From the NCBI GenBank assembly GCA_030324005.1, contig JARDVH010000106.1:54251894-54315893 (forward strand): DNA of 64,000 nucleotides, given 5' to 3'. The notes under the pieces were generated by a model. The model saw only the letters and a list, made by a program, of their open reading frames with translations, searched no databases and was not told where the DNA came from. This stretch comes from Negaprion brevirostris. Taxonomy: Eukaryota. Position 1 is the first letter of the stretch, and every line of letters begins with the position of its first letter. Made by a program: the position numbers and the translations under genes. This document shows, piece by piece, positions 13,484 to 23,749 of the stretch.

Positions 13484-16377
13484 TAAATGCAGGCTGTTGG
13501 AGAATAATGCACAAGCTGCAGCATTGGCAGCTATTGTAGAAGAACCCCGGACTCTGAACAAGAACAGGATCTGGATGAGGCAGACGTCATGAACCCGATT
13601 CTGCGTACAGTCTTCATTAGCCAACTCCTGGCCTTAATCCCTAAACACAGGGAGGTAGAGGATCAGGTTACACAGGCCAAGAGGTTCCTGAGCGCGAGGA
13701 ACAACCCTGATGGTTGTGGCCAGGGAAAAGGTTTAATGGAGAGCATCACCAACTTCCTAATGAACGGTGCAAGAACCAGGCAGGAGAAGGAAGGTCCCAT
13801 TAAGGTAAGTGCACATAAGAAGGACAAAAGAAGGCCCAAGAATGATGTGAACACTGGAGAGAAGAAACAATGGGCAAAACGAAAAGCCATTTTCAGAGCT
13901 ACCCAACTGCTCTACAATAACAATGGGCATCAACTTGCTCAACAGATCATGGGGGCACCCACAGCTGTATTATGTCCACTGTCCACTATGGAGCAGGAGG
14001 AAAGTTTTCGAGAGAAACTCTCCAGTAAAAATAACGAATCCAACATCAGTAAATTCGCTATATACAAGGGCAAAACAGATAATGGGGAATTGATTGTGCC
14101 AATTGGAGCTGAAGAGGTTTCCCTGGCGGTTAAGGGAATCAAAGAGGCCAGTGCGCCCAGACCGGATGGTCAGAAAATCAAGGACATCCGTGATATTCAT
14201 GAGGTGGATGAAAACCGGATACCTTGCCTCTTCATCCTCTGGTTGACATCAAAGATGATCCCAGATTGCATGAAATGGAGTCGAACCATTTTGATCTCCA
14301 AATGAGAGGATCAAGAGTGCCTCAAGAACATTAACAACTGACGCCCAATTACTGTTGGTCCTATGTTGCTATGCCTCGTTACAAAGGCCAAGAGGTTGAG
14401 TGACACTGTTGACATTAACCCAAGACAGAAGGGGTTTTTGGCAGCTACACCTGGTTGCAACGAGAACATCACTGTGTTGCAAAACATCATGAAAGGTACT
14501 AAAAAAAAAATCACAAGGACCTGGCTGTTGTCTTTATTGATTTGGCAAAGATGTTCGACTCAATTGGTAATAAGCTTGTTATTAAAGCATTAGAGCGTGT
14601 TAAACTCCCACAAGCCTTTGTGGATCTCATTCACGATCTCTACACTGGCAATACAACGGTGATCGAGGGCGATTAAGTCCAAGACCACTGTAATAAGTAT
14701 AGAGAGGGGTGTAAAGCAAAGAGACCCACTCTCACCCATTCTGTTCAATATTGCAATGGATCTGCTGATTTGCAGTCCCGAAGAGGCCAACTCTGGTGTC
14801 TTTATGACTGTAGACGGAGCAAAAATAAACTGTTCGACCCCAGCTTTTGCAGATGACATTGTCCTCTTGAATGACTCTTACACCAGGACAGGATGGCGCG
14901 CAGCTTGAAGATCTTGCAGTCCTTCTGCAATCTCCCAGATTTGTCTATTAACATCAACAAGACAAAAGGCTTCCATTTTACTTATAAGCGGAAGACCTTC
15001 CTGTACAATCATTGTAAAAACTGGCAGATCCGGAAAGAGGTAATCGCCAATATCCCCCCCAGCTGAAATTGAAATACTTGGGTGCCTGGATAGATCCATG
15101 GGCAGGCGTGGAGGATAAATTTGAAGGTCTGGATATGCATCTTGCAGGCCGCAGGTCTCCGGTCAAGACAACGCGTGGAGATTTTAACTGCCTATGTCAA
15201 CCCGAGACTGTGTATTTTCACTTGATCCTCTCTGAGGCATCGCAAAACATGCTCATCATATTAGACTGAATCATCCGGAATGCTGTCAAACGATTCCTAC
15301 ACCACCTTCCACCACATATAACGGATGGCATCCTCTATTCCCCTATGAGGAATGGAGGCTTGGGGATTCCCAAACTGGAAATACAGATGCCACCGGCAGT
15401 TATTCATAAATGGTAATCATCATCTGCCTCCACTGATCGAATCATTTGTGCTTCATTCCAGTATTGTGAGCAGAACATAGGCGACAACATCCAAGAGCTG
15501 AGACCTCTCAACATCCTGAGGGAAATAGAAGATTTTCTGCCCGACGCTGGCGAGGTAACAATGATGCTACAGAGTCAGTGGATATGATCAGGGTGGTAAT
15601 GCCAATACTTGGGGAAGAGGAAGCAGTTCCCAGGAAGCCACCGAACATGTATGCAGGATGGGGGGAGTGGGAATTTGACAAATGGAGACAGTTACAATGC
15701 CAAGGAATCCATTACTACAATAATGACAAGATATCAAACTGCTGGGTTAAAACTGGATTTGAGCTGGACTGCAATCGGTTCATTAACAATTTACTCTTAC
15801 AATGCAATCTGTATCCCACGAGGGGCGACCCTAACAACAGGTAAATCCCTTGCCAATAAAACCCGCTGACGCTGTGAAGCAGGGACTGAAACACTTGGAC
15901 ACTTTTCCGGTTTTGCCCATTTCATTAAGAATTGCAGGTTTAAACGCCACGATAAGATCATGGATCAACTGTACAAGTTTGTTGGACAATATGGATGGAC
16001 ATCCTACCTACAACCACAACTTTACGCCAAGGATGGCTCTCTCTGGAAGCCAGATATCATCATCTTGGGATAAAGATCAGCGTGTTGCGGTGGTAGACGT
16101 GACCATCCGGTTCGAAGACAACTGCGGCAGTTTAGAGAAGGCGTGGGAAGAAAAGTGTGTGCAAAGTACAACCATCTGGGACCCGAAATCATGAAGTTAA
16201 CTGGAGGCCTGGGAATACGATACTTTGGATTTGTAATGGGCACCAGGGGCAAATGTCTCAAAGAACAACAGCCTTATGTTCGTGGGGATTAAAAAGTTTT
16301 AATCATTCGCCCAATAAATCTCAAGACTCACTCTGTCATTAACGTTGGAGTTATTAGCTATCTTCAACGACAGGTGA
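13484..16377 (+). pseudogene. Disrupted R2-type RT-RLE polyprotein ORF (copy 1)
   Basis: ORF pieces 13589..14305, 14363..14593, 15069..15269, 15578..15844 and 15850..16194 are joined by stops and frameshifts. Confidence 0.88.
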
Positions 16378-16892
16378 GAGACATCTCTATTATCAACAGA
16401 GTTAACTAGCTCTGCGCTTATTGACTATTCGGCCCTTTGAGCCTTAGGAGACCATATGAACTTTATATGGTGGACTCCATTATTTGTTTGATTTTGTACT
16501 AGAATTGTTTGTCTGTTGCTTATCAAAATAACATGCCTTTCCATCCTAAGATCTTGGTCCCCCTTGGCTCAGTCGGCGTGGGAATGCCACCACCAAGGAC
16601 CGCCCATGCATTCAGTTGCGTTGGTGGCTTCAGGACATCATGCACGCAATGCCTGTGCTGTTGGAAGGGCTTCACCATTGTGTTGCACATAATGCTACAG
16701 GGTGTCTTTGCAGTTTGCCCTTGGGGTTGGGGTGCTGCTGATACTCCCTCGTCCACGTGGCTTCTGCCTAGCCTGCTGGTTGGTGCGATATCTTCAGCAT
16801 CCGCACCAATCCTCGGCGCGGCACGGTTGTGCGTTTCTGTTGCCACTTTGTGCTCCATGTCCGTGCGGGTTTACCATGTTGGACCCTGTTAC
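13484..16892 (+). mobile_element. R2-like RLE non-LTR retrotransposon, copy 1 (5' part missing; includes the shared 3' trailer)
   Basis: RT 'APRPDG', 'INPRQKGF', 'GVKQRDPLSPILFN', 'AFADDI' (~14845). Knuckle '*RCEAGTETLGHFSGFC', then 'RHDKI'. RLE 'LWKPDII' and 'VVDVTIRFED'. The ORF ends 'SRLTLSLTLELLAIFNDR*' at TGA 16375-16377. Collinear with 19835-23140. Confidence 0.9.
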
Positions 16893-17192
16893 GGGCAGCA
16901 CGATAGCTCAGTGATTAGCACTGTAGCTGCACAGCCCTAGTGACCTGGGTCCGAATCGTGGTCTGTGGGAGTTTGCACACTTTCCTCGTGTCTGCGTGGG
17001 TTTCCTCCAGGTACTCCAGTTTCCTCCCACAATCCAAAGATGTGCAGGTTAGGTGGACTGGGCATGCTAAATTGCCCCTTAGTGTCAGGGGGATTAGCTC
17101 GGGTAAATGGGGATAGGGCCTGGGTGGGGTTGTGGTTGGTGCAGACTCGATGGGCCAAATAGAATCCTACAGTGCAGAAGGAGGCCATGATT
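16893..17192 (+). mobile_element. V-SINE fused to R2-like copy 1 (variant head, CR1-type HE1 tail)
   Basis: gggcagcacgatagctcagtgattagcactgtagctgcacagccc...gggtccgaatc; V domain ggagtttgcac...gtctgcgtgggtttcctcc...tcctcccacaatccaaagatgtgc; tail gcagactcgatgggcc. Confidence 0.88.
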
Positions 17193-18204
17193 AAGTTGCA
17201 TGAACCTACAAGTACTCAACTTCAGAGTTACACTGATGAAAGCAATCTGACCATCTGTGGATGTGTAAAGGAACGTAACCAGATCCTAATGTAGCTAACA
17301 ATCTAGTCAGCGTTTGGTGGTTGATACAGAGTGAACTTTCTACTGTAGAGATACATATGCTGATGTTCATATACATAGATGTAGGCTCATGATTCCTGCT
17401 CTCCAACAGAGTATTTGTGTTGTTTACAACAATGGGCATGACATGTAAGTGATTGGTTGTTTGCTTCCTTCAATCTAGTGTCAGAGTACAGCTGTAATCA
17501 TATTTCCTGATGCATCTGTTATGACATATGTTTCCACATGTTGAAATGCAAGAGGACTGGCAGAAATGATATCTTCTCCTTGAACATATCAAACAGCATT
17601 TACAGTATGATTGTCCATTCCCATTGCATCGTACCTTCCGAAGAGACTCCACAATCTGTGCATATTTAGTAATCAACTTGTGACAAATGTTGGTAGTACC
17701 AAGGAATTATGTCAAATCTTTCATGTTAGACAGGTTTGGAAATAAAGGAACAGCTGTAATGTTGTGTGTAAGCTTTACTCCAGCTGCTGTCACTCTGTAC
17801 CCTAGAAAGTCAATATGAGATGTCAAAATGTGCATTTGGCTTTGTTGAGTGTCAAATTGTGTTGTGTGAGCAGAGTGAGCACTGCTATTACCAGCTGATC
17901 ATTCCGGTTTTGTCCTGTCGTGGACAACACTATTATCAAACAGGTTGAGCATCCTCTCAGTGCCTGATGTAATGGTTTTCTGGAATGTGCTAAGTGCTGA
18001 ACTTAGTCCAGAGGGCGGTACTGAAATATACCTTCATGGGGAACAAAAGCTAAAAAAAAAGCAGCTTTGCTCTATTAAAATATCTGGACAGAGTTCCTGT
18101 GCACATCAAGCCTTGTGAGTCATGAAATCATACCGATAGTTTTTGAATTGTAGGAAGTGAATACTTGTCGTGGATGATAGCATTGTTCAACACTTTAACA
18201 TCAA

Positions 18205-18357
18205 TACCATAGAACCACACAATCCCTACAGAGCAGAAGGAAGCCAATCGAGTCTGCACCAACTCTCCAAAAAAAGTCTTATCCAGACTGTATCCCCACC
18301 CTAGCTCCATAACACTACACAGTTACTTTGGCTTATCCACCCAACCTGCATACCTTG
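18205..18357 (-). mobile_element. V-SINE 3' fragment (CR1-type tail) within the Gypsy RT
   Basis: catagaa...aatccctacagagcagaaggaagccaatcgagtctgcacc...tatccccac...atccacccaacctgcatac. Confidence 0.7.
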
Positions 18358-18360
18358 GAT

Positions 18361-18493
18361 GGGTAAGTTTTCTGGTCTCGCCTCCAGGAATCATTACTGT
18401 TGGGACAGGACAATTTGTTGGACTGTTTAAAAATCTGTTGACCTCAGACTAGAATTTCTGGTCTCGGGTCAGGTGTGACCAGAAAATCCCACC
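18361..18493. mobile_element. Short MITE-like element
   Basis: Inverted termini ggtaagttttctggtc / gaccagaaaatcccacc. It interrupts the Gypsy RT. Confidence 0.55.
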
Positions 18494-18619
18494 TCTGGTC
18501 TAAGTTCACCATTTTGTGTTGTGCAATGACTAAGTTTGATTCCATGGTAATATATCTGCTTTTAGTCATTTCAGCTTGTGTGACACTTTGACACAGATTG
18601 CAAAAGACAATTGTCCCAG

Positions 18620-18762
18620 CCTTTAATATCCATTCCTAGTTGCCCTTGAGAAGGTGATGGTGAGCTGCCTTTTTGATCCAGTGATGTCGACATGATATTG
18701 ACACACCCAGAATGCTGTTCGGGAGGGAATTCCAGGATTTTGACGTATTTCCAAGTCAGGAT
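18620..18762 (-). mobile_element. 3' tail of the second LINE family (as at 3205-3900)
   Basis: gttgcccttgagaaggtgatggtgagctgcc...gctgttcgggagggaattccaggattttgac...ttccaagtcaggat. Confidence 0.75.
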
Positions 18763-18862
18763 NNNNNNNNNNNNNNNNNNNNNNNNNNNNNNNNNNNNNN
18801 NNNNNNNNNNNNNNNNNNNNNNNNNNNNNNNNNNNNNNNNNNNNNNNNNNNNNNNNNNNNNN

Positions 18863-21800
18863 ATCTGTGGAGATTGGGTACTGTTAGTATTGCCATCGAA
18901 AGAATGAATAGTCTGCCTGAAAAGGAGTCCGGATGGGTTGTGTCCTGGATTAACAACAACCCCTCAGACGAGTATGTAGCCGCTCTCTGGGAACAATTTA
19001 AAAAGCTAGGTTAACAAGGTCTAACTGGAATGAGCTAATGACAAGATCCGTCTCCAAACAGAAGAGGCTGTCTTGAAACCCGGAATATACTATTAGCACT
19101 ATTGGGTGGTGCACTCTGGCCCCAGACCAAAAGAGTCAACCGCCACAATAGTGGAAGACAATGAACCTATAGTAGAAGAGCCTGTGTGGACAACCCATCC
19201 AGCGGATGATGTAGAAATAACTACACTTACCTTCTACAACAAGGCATATCAAGCCCAGATTACGGGAACGGGAACTTTGGCAAACATCGCCATTACCGAA
19301 AGCGATGTGGGTACCAATAATAGATACCTTCATCGAGACTGGTAGCATTGAACCATCTCAGGATCAGACAGAGGTTAAGGAGGAGGTCATTCATTATCTT
19401 GATGCGTTATTCTGCAACTCCTGTGATACCATTCTTCCAACGGTCAGAACGTTCAGTAAACATCTTAAGGCAGTGCATAGGATCAAAAATATTCGAACCA
19501 AACGCTCACAATGTGGTAAATCCGGGGAGTATCACTCTATCGCTTGTCACTACGCGAAGTGTAAAGGTGCGAGGCCTTTGACAGTCGGGCAACACCACTG
19601 CAGCGCATGTAAACTCGTGTTCACAACGGGAAGTGGACATCAACATCCAGCTCTTTGCAATACCAAACATTTGAAGCAGGGACTGCCGGCTCCGACCAAA
19701 CAGGGAAGGTTGCCATCTGTACGGTGTGAGGAGGAAGAAGCACTCCACACAGAACCAGGATGAGGTTTGCTGGGTCCCGGCGCATCAATAAGGACATCAG
19801 CGTGGACTTAAAAAAAGGCTGAAACAAATCTCCGATAAACGTAAGGCACAAGCTGCAGCACTGGCAGCTGTTGTGGAAGAACCCCTGGATTCCGAACAAG
19901 AGCAGGATCCAGATGAGGCAGACGTCATGGACTCAATCCCGCTTACTGGCTTCGTCAGTTGACTCCCAGCCTCAACCCAGGCTGAGGTGTTCCTGAACGC
20001 TAGGAATGACCCTGATAGTCGTGCCTGGGGAATAGGTTTAATGGAGAACATCACCAACGTCCTTATGAATGGTGCAAGAACCAGGCAGAAAGAAGGTCCC
20101 ACTAAGCTAAGTGCGCATAAGAAGGATAAAAGAAAGCCAGGAATGATGTGAACACTGGAGCGAAGAAATGATGGACAAAACAAAAAGCTGTTTTTAGAGC
20201 TACCCAACTGCTCTACAAAAATAATAGGCGTCAACATGCTTGGCAGATCATGGGGACGCCCACAGCCACATTATGTCCACTGTCCACACAGTGCAGCTGG
20301 AGGAAAGTTTTCGGGAGAAACTCTCCAGTAAAAATAACAAATCCAACATCAGTAAGTTTACCACATACAAGGGCAAAACAGGTAATGGGGAATTGATAAT
20401 GCCAATTGGAGCTGAAGAGGTTTCAGGCCAGTGCACCCGGACCGGATGGTCAGAAAAAATAGGGGACACCCATGATATCCATGAGGCGGATGAAAACCGG
20501 ATACCTCGCCTCTTCACCTTCTGGTTGACGTCAAGGATGATCCCAGATTGCATGAAACGGAGTCAAACCGTTTTGATCCCCAAATGCAAGGATCAAGAGC
20601 GCCTCAAGAACATTGACAACTGGTACCCAATTACTATTGGTCCTATGTTGCTACACCTCTTTACAAACATCATGGCCAAGAGGTTGAGTGACACTGTTGA
20701 CGTTAACCCAAGGCAGAAAGGGTTTTTGGCAGCAACACCCGGTTGCAACGAGAAGATCACCGTGTTGCAAAATATTATGAAGGGTGCTAAGAAAAATCGT
20801 AAGGACCTGGCCGTTGTCTTTGTTGATTTGGCAAAAGCGTTCGACTCCATCAGTCATAAGTTACTCATTAAAGCATTAGAGTGTGTAAAACTCCCACAAG
20901 CCTTTGTAGATCTCGTTCAAGATCTCTACACTGGCAATACAACAGTGATCGAGGGCGCGAAGTCCAAGACCGCTTCAATAAGTACAGAGAAGGGTGTAAA
21001 GCAAGGAGACCCACTCTCACCCATCCTGTTCAATATTACGATGGATCTGCTGATTTGCAGTCTTGAACAGGCCAATTCCAGTGTCTTTATGACTCGAGGC
21101 AGAGCGAAAATAAACTGCTCAACCCTGGCTTTTACGGATGACATTGCCCTCTTCAGTGACTCTTACACTGGGACAGCATGCAATTTGAAGATATTGCAAT
21201 CCTCCTACAATCTCACATGCTTGTCTATTAACATCAACAAGACAAAAGACTTCCATTTTACTTATAAGAGGAAGACCTTCCTGTACAATCATTGTAAAAA
21301 CTGACAGATCCAGGAGGTAATCGCCTGTATCCCCCCAGGTGAAACTGAAAAGTACTTGGGTGCCTGGATAGACCCATGGGCAGGCGTAGAAGGCGGCGCT
21401 TGGGAGGAAAAACCTGAAAGCCTGGATATCCAGCTTATAGGCTGCAGCTCTCTGGCCAAGATAACGCATGGAGATTTTAACTGTTTATGTCATCCCAAGA
21501 CTGTATTTTCACCTGATCGTCTATGAGGCATCACAGAACATGCTCATCAAATTAGATCTAATCATCCGGAATGCCGTCAAACAATTCCTACACCTTCCCC
21601 CCCCATATAACAGACGGCATCCTCTATTCCTGTATGAGGAAAGGAGGCTTGGGGATTCCCAAACTTGAAGTACAGATACCATCAGCTGTTATTCGTAAAT
21701 GGGAATCATTTCCTGCTTCCACTGATTAAATCATTCATGCTTCCTTTCAGTATGGTGAGCAGAACATCGGAGACAACATTCAAGAACTGAGATCTTGCAA

Positions 21801-22638
21801 CGTCCCGAAGAAGATCAAGGATTTTCTGCCTGATGCTGGTGAGGTTAACAATGATACTACTAAGTCAATTAATATGATCAGGGCAATAATGCGAATACTC
21901 GGAGGGGAGGAAGCAGGTCTCAAGAAGCCACTGAACATGTATGCAGGATGGAGGAATTGAGAAGTTGACAAATGGAGACGGTTACGATGCCACGCTGTTG
22001 GAATTCACTACTACAACAATGATAAGGTGTCTAACTGCTGGATTAAAGTTGCACTCCAGCTCAAATCTAATCGGTTCATTAACAACTTACTTTAATGATG
22101 CAATCTGTATCTCACGAGGGTGACCTTAACAAAAGGTAAACCCCTTGCAAATAAAACCGGACAACGCTGTGAGGCAGGTACTGGAAGACTTGGACACGTT
22201 TCTGGTTTTTGCCCATTCGTGAGAATTTGCAGGATTAAATACCACAATAAGATCTTGGATCAACTGCACAAGTTTGTTGGAAAATACAGAGGGACATCCT
22301 TGCTAGAGCCACGACACATTGCCAAGGATGGCTCCCTCTGGAAGCCAGATATCATTTTCATAAGGGATAAAGATCAGCGTGTTGTGGTGGTAGACGTGAC
22401 TATCCAGTTCAAAGATAACCGTGGTAGTTTAGAAAAGGTGCGGTAAGTTATGGAGTTAACTGGAGGCCTGGAAATATGTTACTTTGGATTGGTAATGGGC
22501 GCCATGGGCAAATGGCTCAAATAACAACAGCCTTATGATGTTCCTGGGTATCATAAGTTACAATCATTCGCCCAACAAATCTCAAGACTCACCTTGTCAT
22601 TAATGTTGGAGTTTTTAGATATCTTCAGCGACAGGTGA
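18863..22638 (+). pseudogene. Disrupted R2-type polyprotein ORF (ZF x3, Myb, RT, CCHC, RLE), copy 2
   Basis: ORF pieces 19106..19345, 19305..19763, 20240..21304 (354 aa RT), 21468..21668 and 22120..22446. Confidence 0.9.
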
Positions 22639-23140
22639 GAGACATCTCTACAATCAACATTCTAGCTCTGGGCTTGTTGACTATATGGCTCTTAAAGCCT
22701 TAGGAGACCATATAAACTTATATGGAGAACTCCTTTACTTGTTTTATATTACAATTGTTTGCCTGTTTCTCATGAAAATAACTTGCCTTTCTATCCTAGG
22801 TATCTCAATCTCCCTTGGCTCGGTCAGGGTGGGGACACCACCACTAAGGTGCTCCTATGTGTTCAGTTGTGCGTCGGTGGCTTCAGGACGTGATGCTCGC
22901 AATGACTGTGCTGTTGGAAGGGCTTCGCTGTTGTGTCGCACATAACGCCACAGGGTGTCTCTGCAGTCTGCCCTTGGGGGTGGGGTGCTGCCAGAACTCC
23001 TCTGCCCATGTGGCTTCTGCCTAGCCCCCTGGTTGGTGCCACATCTTCGGCGTCTGCACCGATCCTCGGCACGTGTGTGCGTTTCTGTTGCCACTTCGTG
23101 CCCCTTGTCCATGTGGGTGTACTGTGTTGGACCGTGCTAT
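18863..23140 (+). mobile_element. R2-like (R2-A architecture) RLE non-LTR retrotransposon, copy 2, near full length; 5' end lies in a gap
   Basis: ZF1 'CNSC...FSKHLKAVH', ZF2 'SQCG...HSIACHYAKC', ZF3 'CSACKLVFTTGSG..H'. Myb-like 'RCEEEE...INKDI...KQISDKR'. RT 'DLAKAFDSISH', 'GVKQGDPLSPILFN', 'LAFTDDI'. Knuckle 'QRCEAGTGRLGHVSGFC', 'YHNKI'. RLE 'LWKPDII' and 'VVDVTIQF'. Stop TGA 22636-22638. Confidence 0.92.
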
Positions 23141-23330
23141 GGGCAGCACGATAGCTGTGATTAGCACTGTAGCTGCACAACCCCAGTGACCTGGGTCCGA
23201 CTTTCGGCTCAGGTCATGGTCTGTGGGAGTTTGCACATTCTCCTCGTGTCTGTGTGTCTCCTCCGAGTACTCCGGTTTCCTCCCACAACCCAAAGACGTG
23301 CTCTCCAAATTGATTGGCAACACTAAATTG
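23141..23330 (+). mobile_element. V-SINE fused to R2-like copy 2 (same variant head, no recognisable HE1 tail)
   Basis: gggcagcacgatagctgtgattagcactgtagctgcacaaccccagtgacctgggtccga...ggagtttgcacattctcctcgtgtc...tccggtttcctcccacaacccaaagacgtgc. Confidence 0.85.
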
Positions 23331-23749
23331 ACACTGATTCATTTGGCTGGTTTGCATTGCATGCTGCAAGCTGGCCTATTTGTAGTTTGGATTGTCTGGT
23401 CATACTGCATGTTGTAGTCCCACACAATCCTTTTGTTCTAATATTTCAATTTGATTTTCATCTGTTTTATTTTATTATTTCATTAAAATTTAAGTATTCA
23501 CTTTTTCTAATTCAGCTTGCCCCATCACTCCCAATCATTTATTCCCTTTCCTGATAGTGGAGTTTCGTGCGCTGGTAATTGACAACCCGGCTCATTAGGC
23601 CCAATTAGATCTCGGGATGTTAGTGTAGCTTAGCTGCCTTTTAATTTGACCTTATAAATCTGGCCTCAATTTAGACCAGCGGTCCCTTGGCTGTGGACTC
23701 GCTAGAGGTAGGCAACCACATTGAGCGACGTAAAGACTCGAAATTGGCA

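Larger units (their letters stand above)
17193..18620 (-). mobile_element. Second Ty3/Gypsy pol fragment (RT-RNase H), opposite strand
   Basis: Minus strand: 'IDVKVLNNAIIHDKYSLPTIQ', 'AFVPHEGIFQY', 'HNLTLNKAKCTF', 'IDFLGYRVTAAGVK', 'RKFTLCINHQTLTRLLATLGSG...HRWSD...VEYL'. Confidence 0.82.

Noticed and set aside
16378-16892. 28S/5.8S/ITS rDNA or U2 snRNA flank for the R2-like elements
   Set aside because: No recognisable rRNA sequence. The U2-like words (tcggcc..., tctgttgcttatca) are short and not conserved in copy 2.
16509-16940. 143-aa and 111-aa ORFs in the GC-rich trailer
   Set aside because: Frames are broken by indels in copy 2, and the low stop frequency is expected in GC-rich DNA.
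16893-16965. Functional tRNA gene
   Set aside because: It is a SINE head with an altered B-box (GTCCGA) that runs directly into the V domain.
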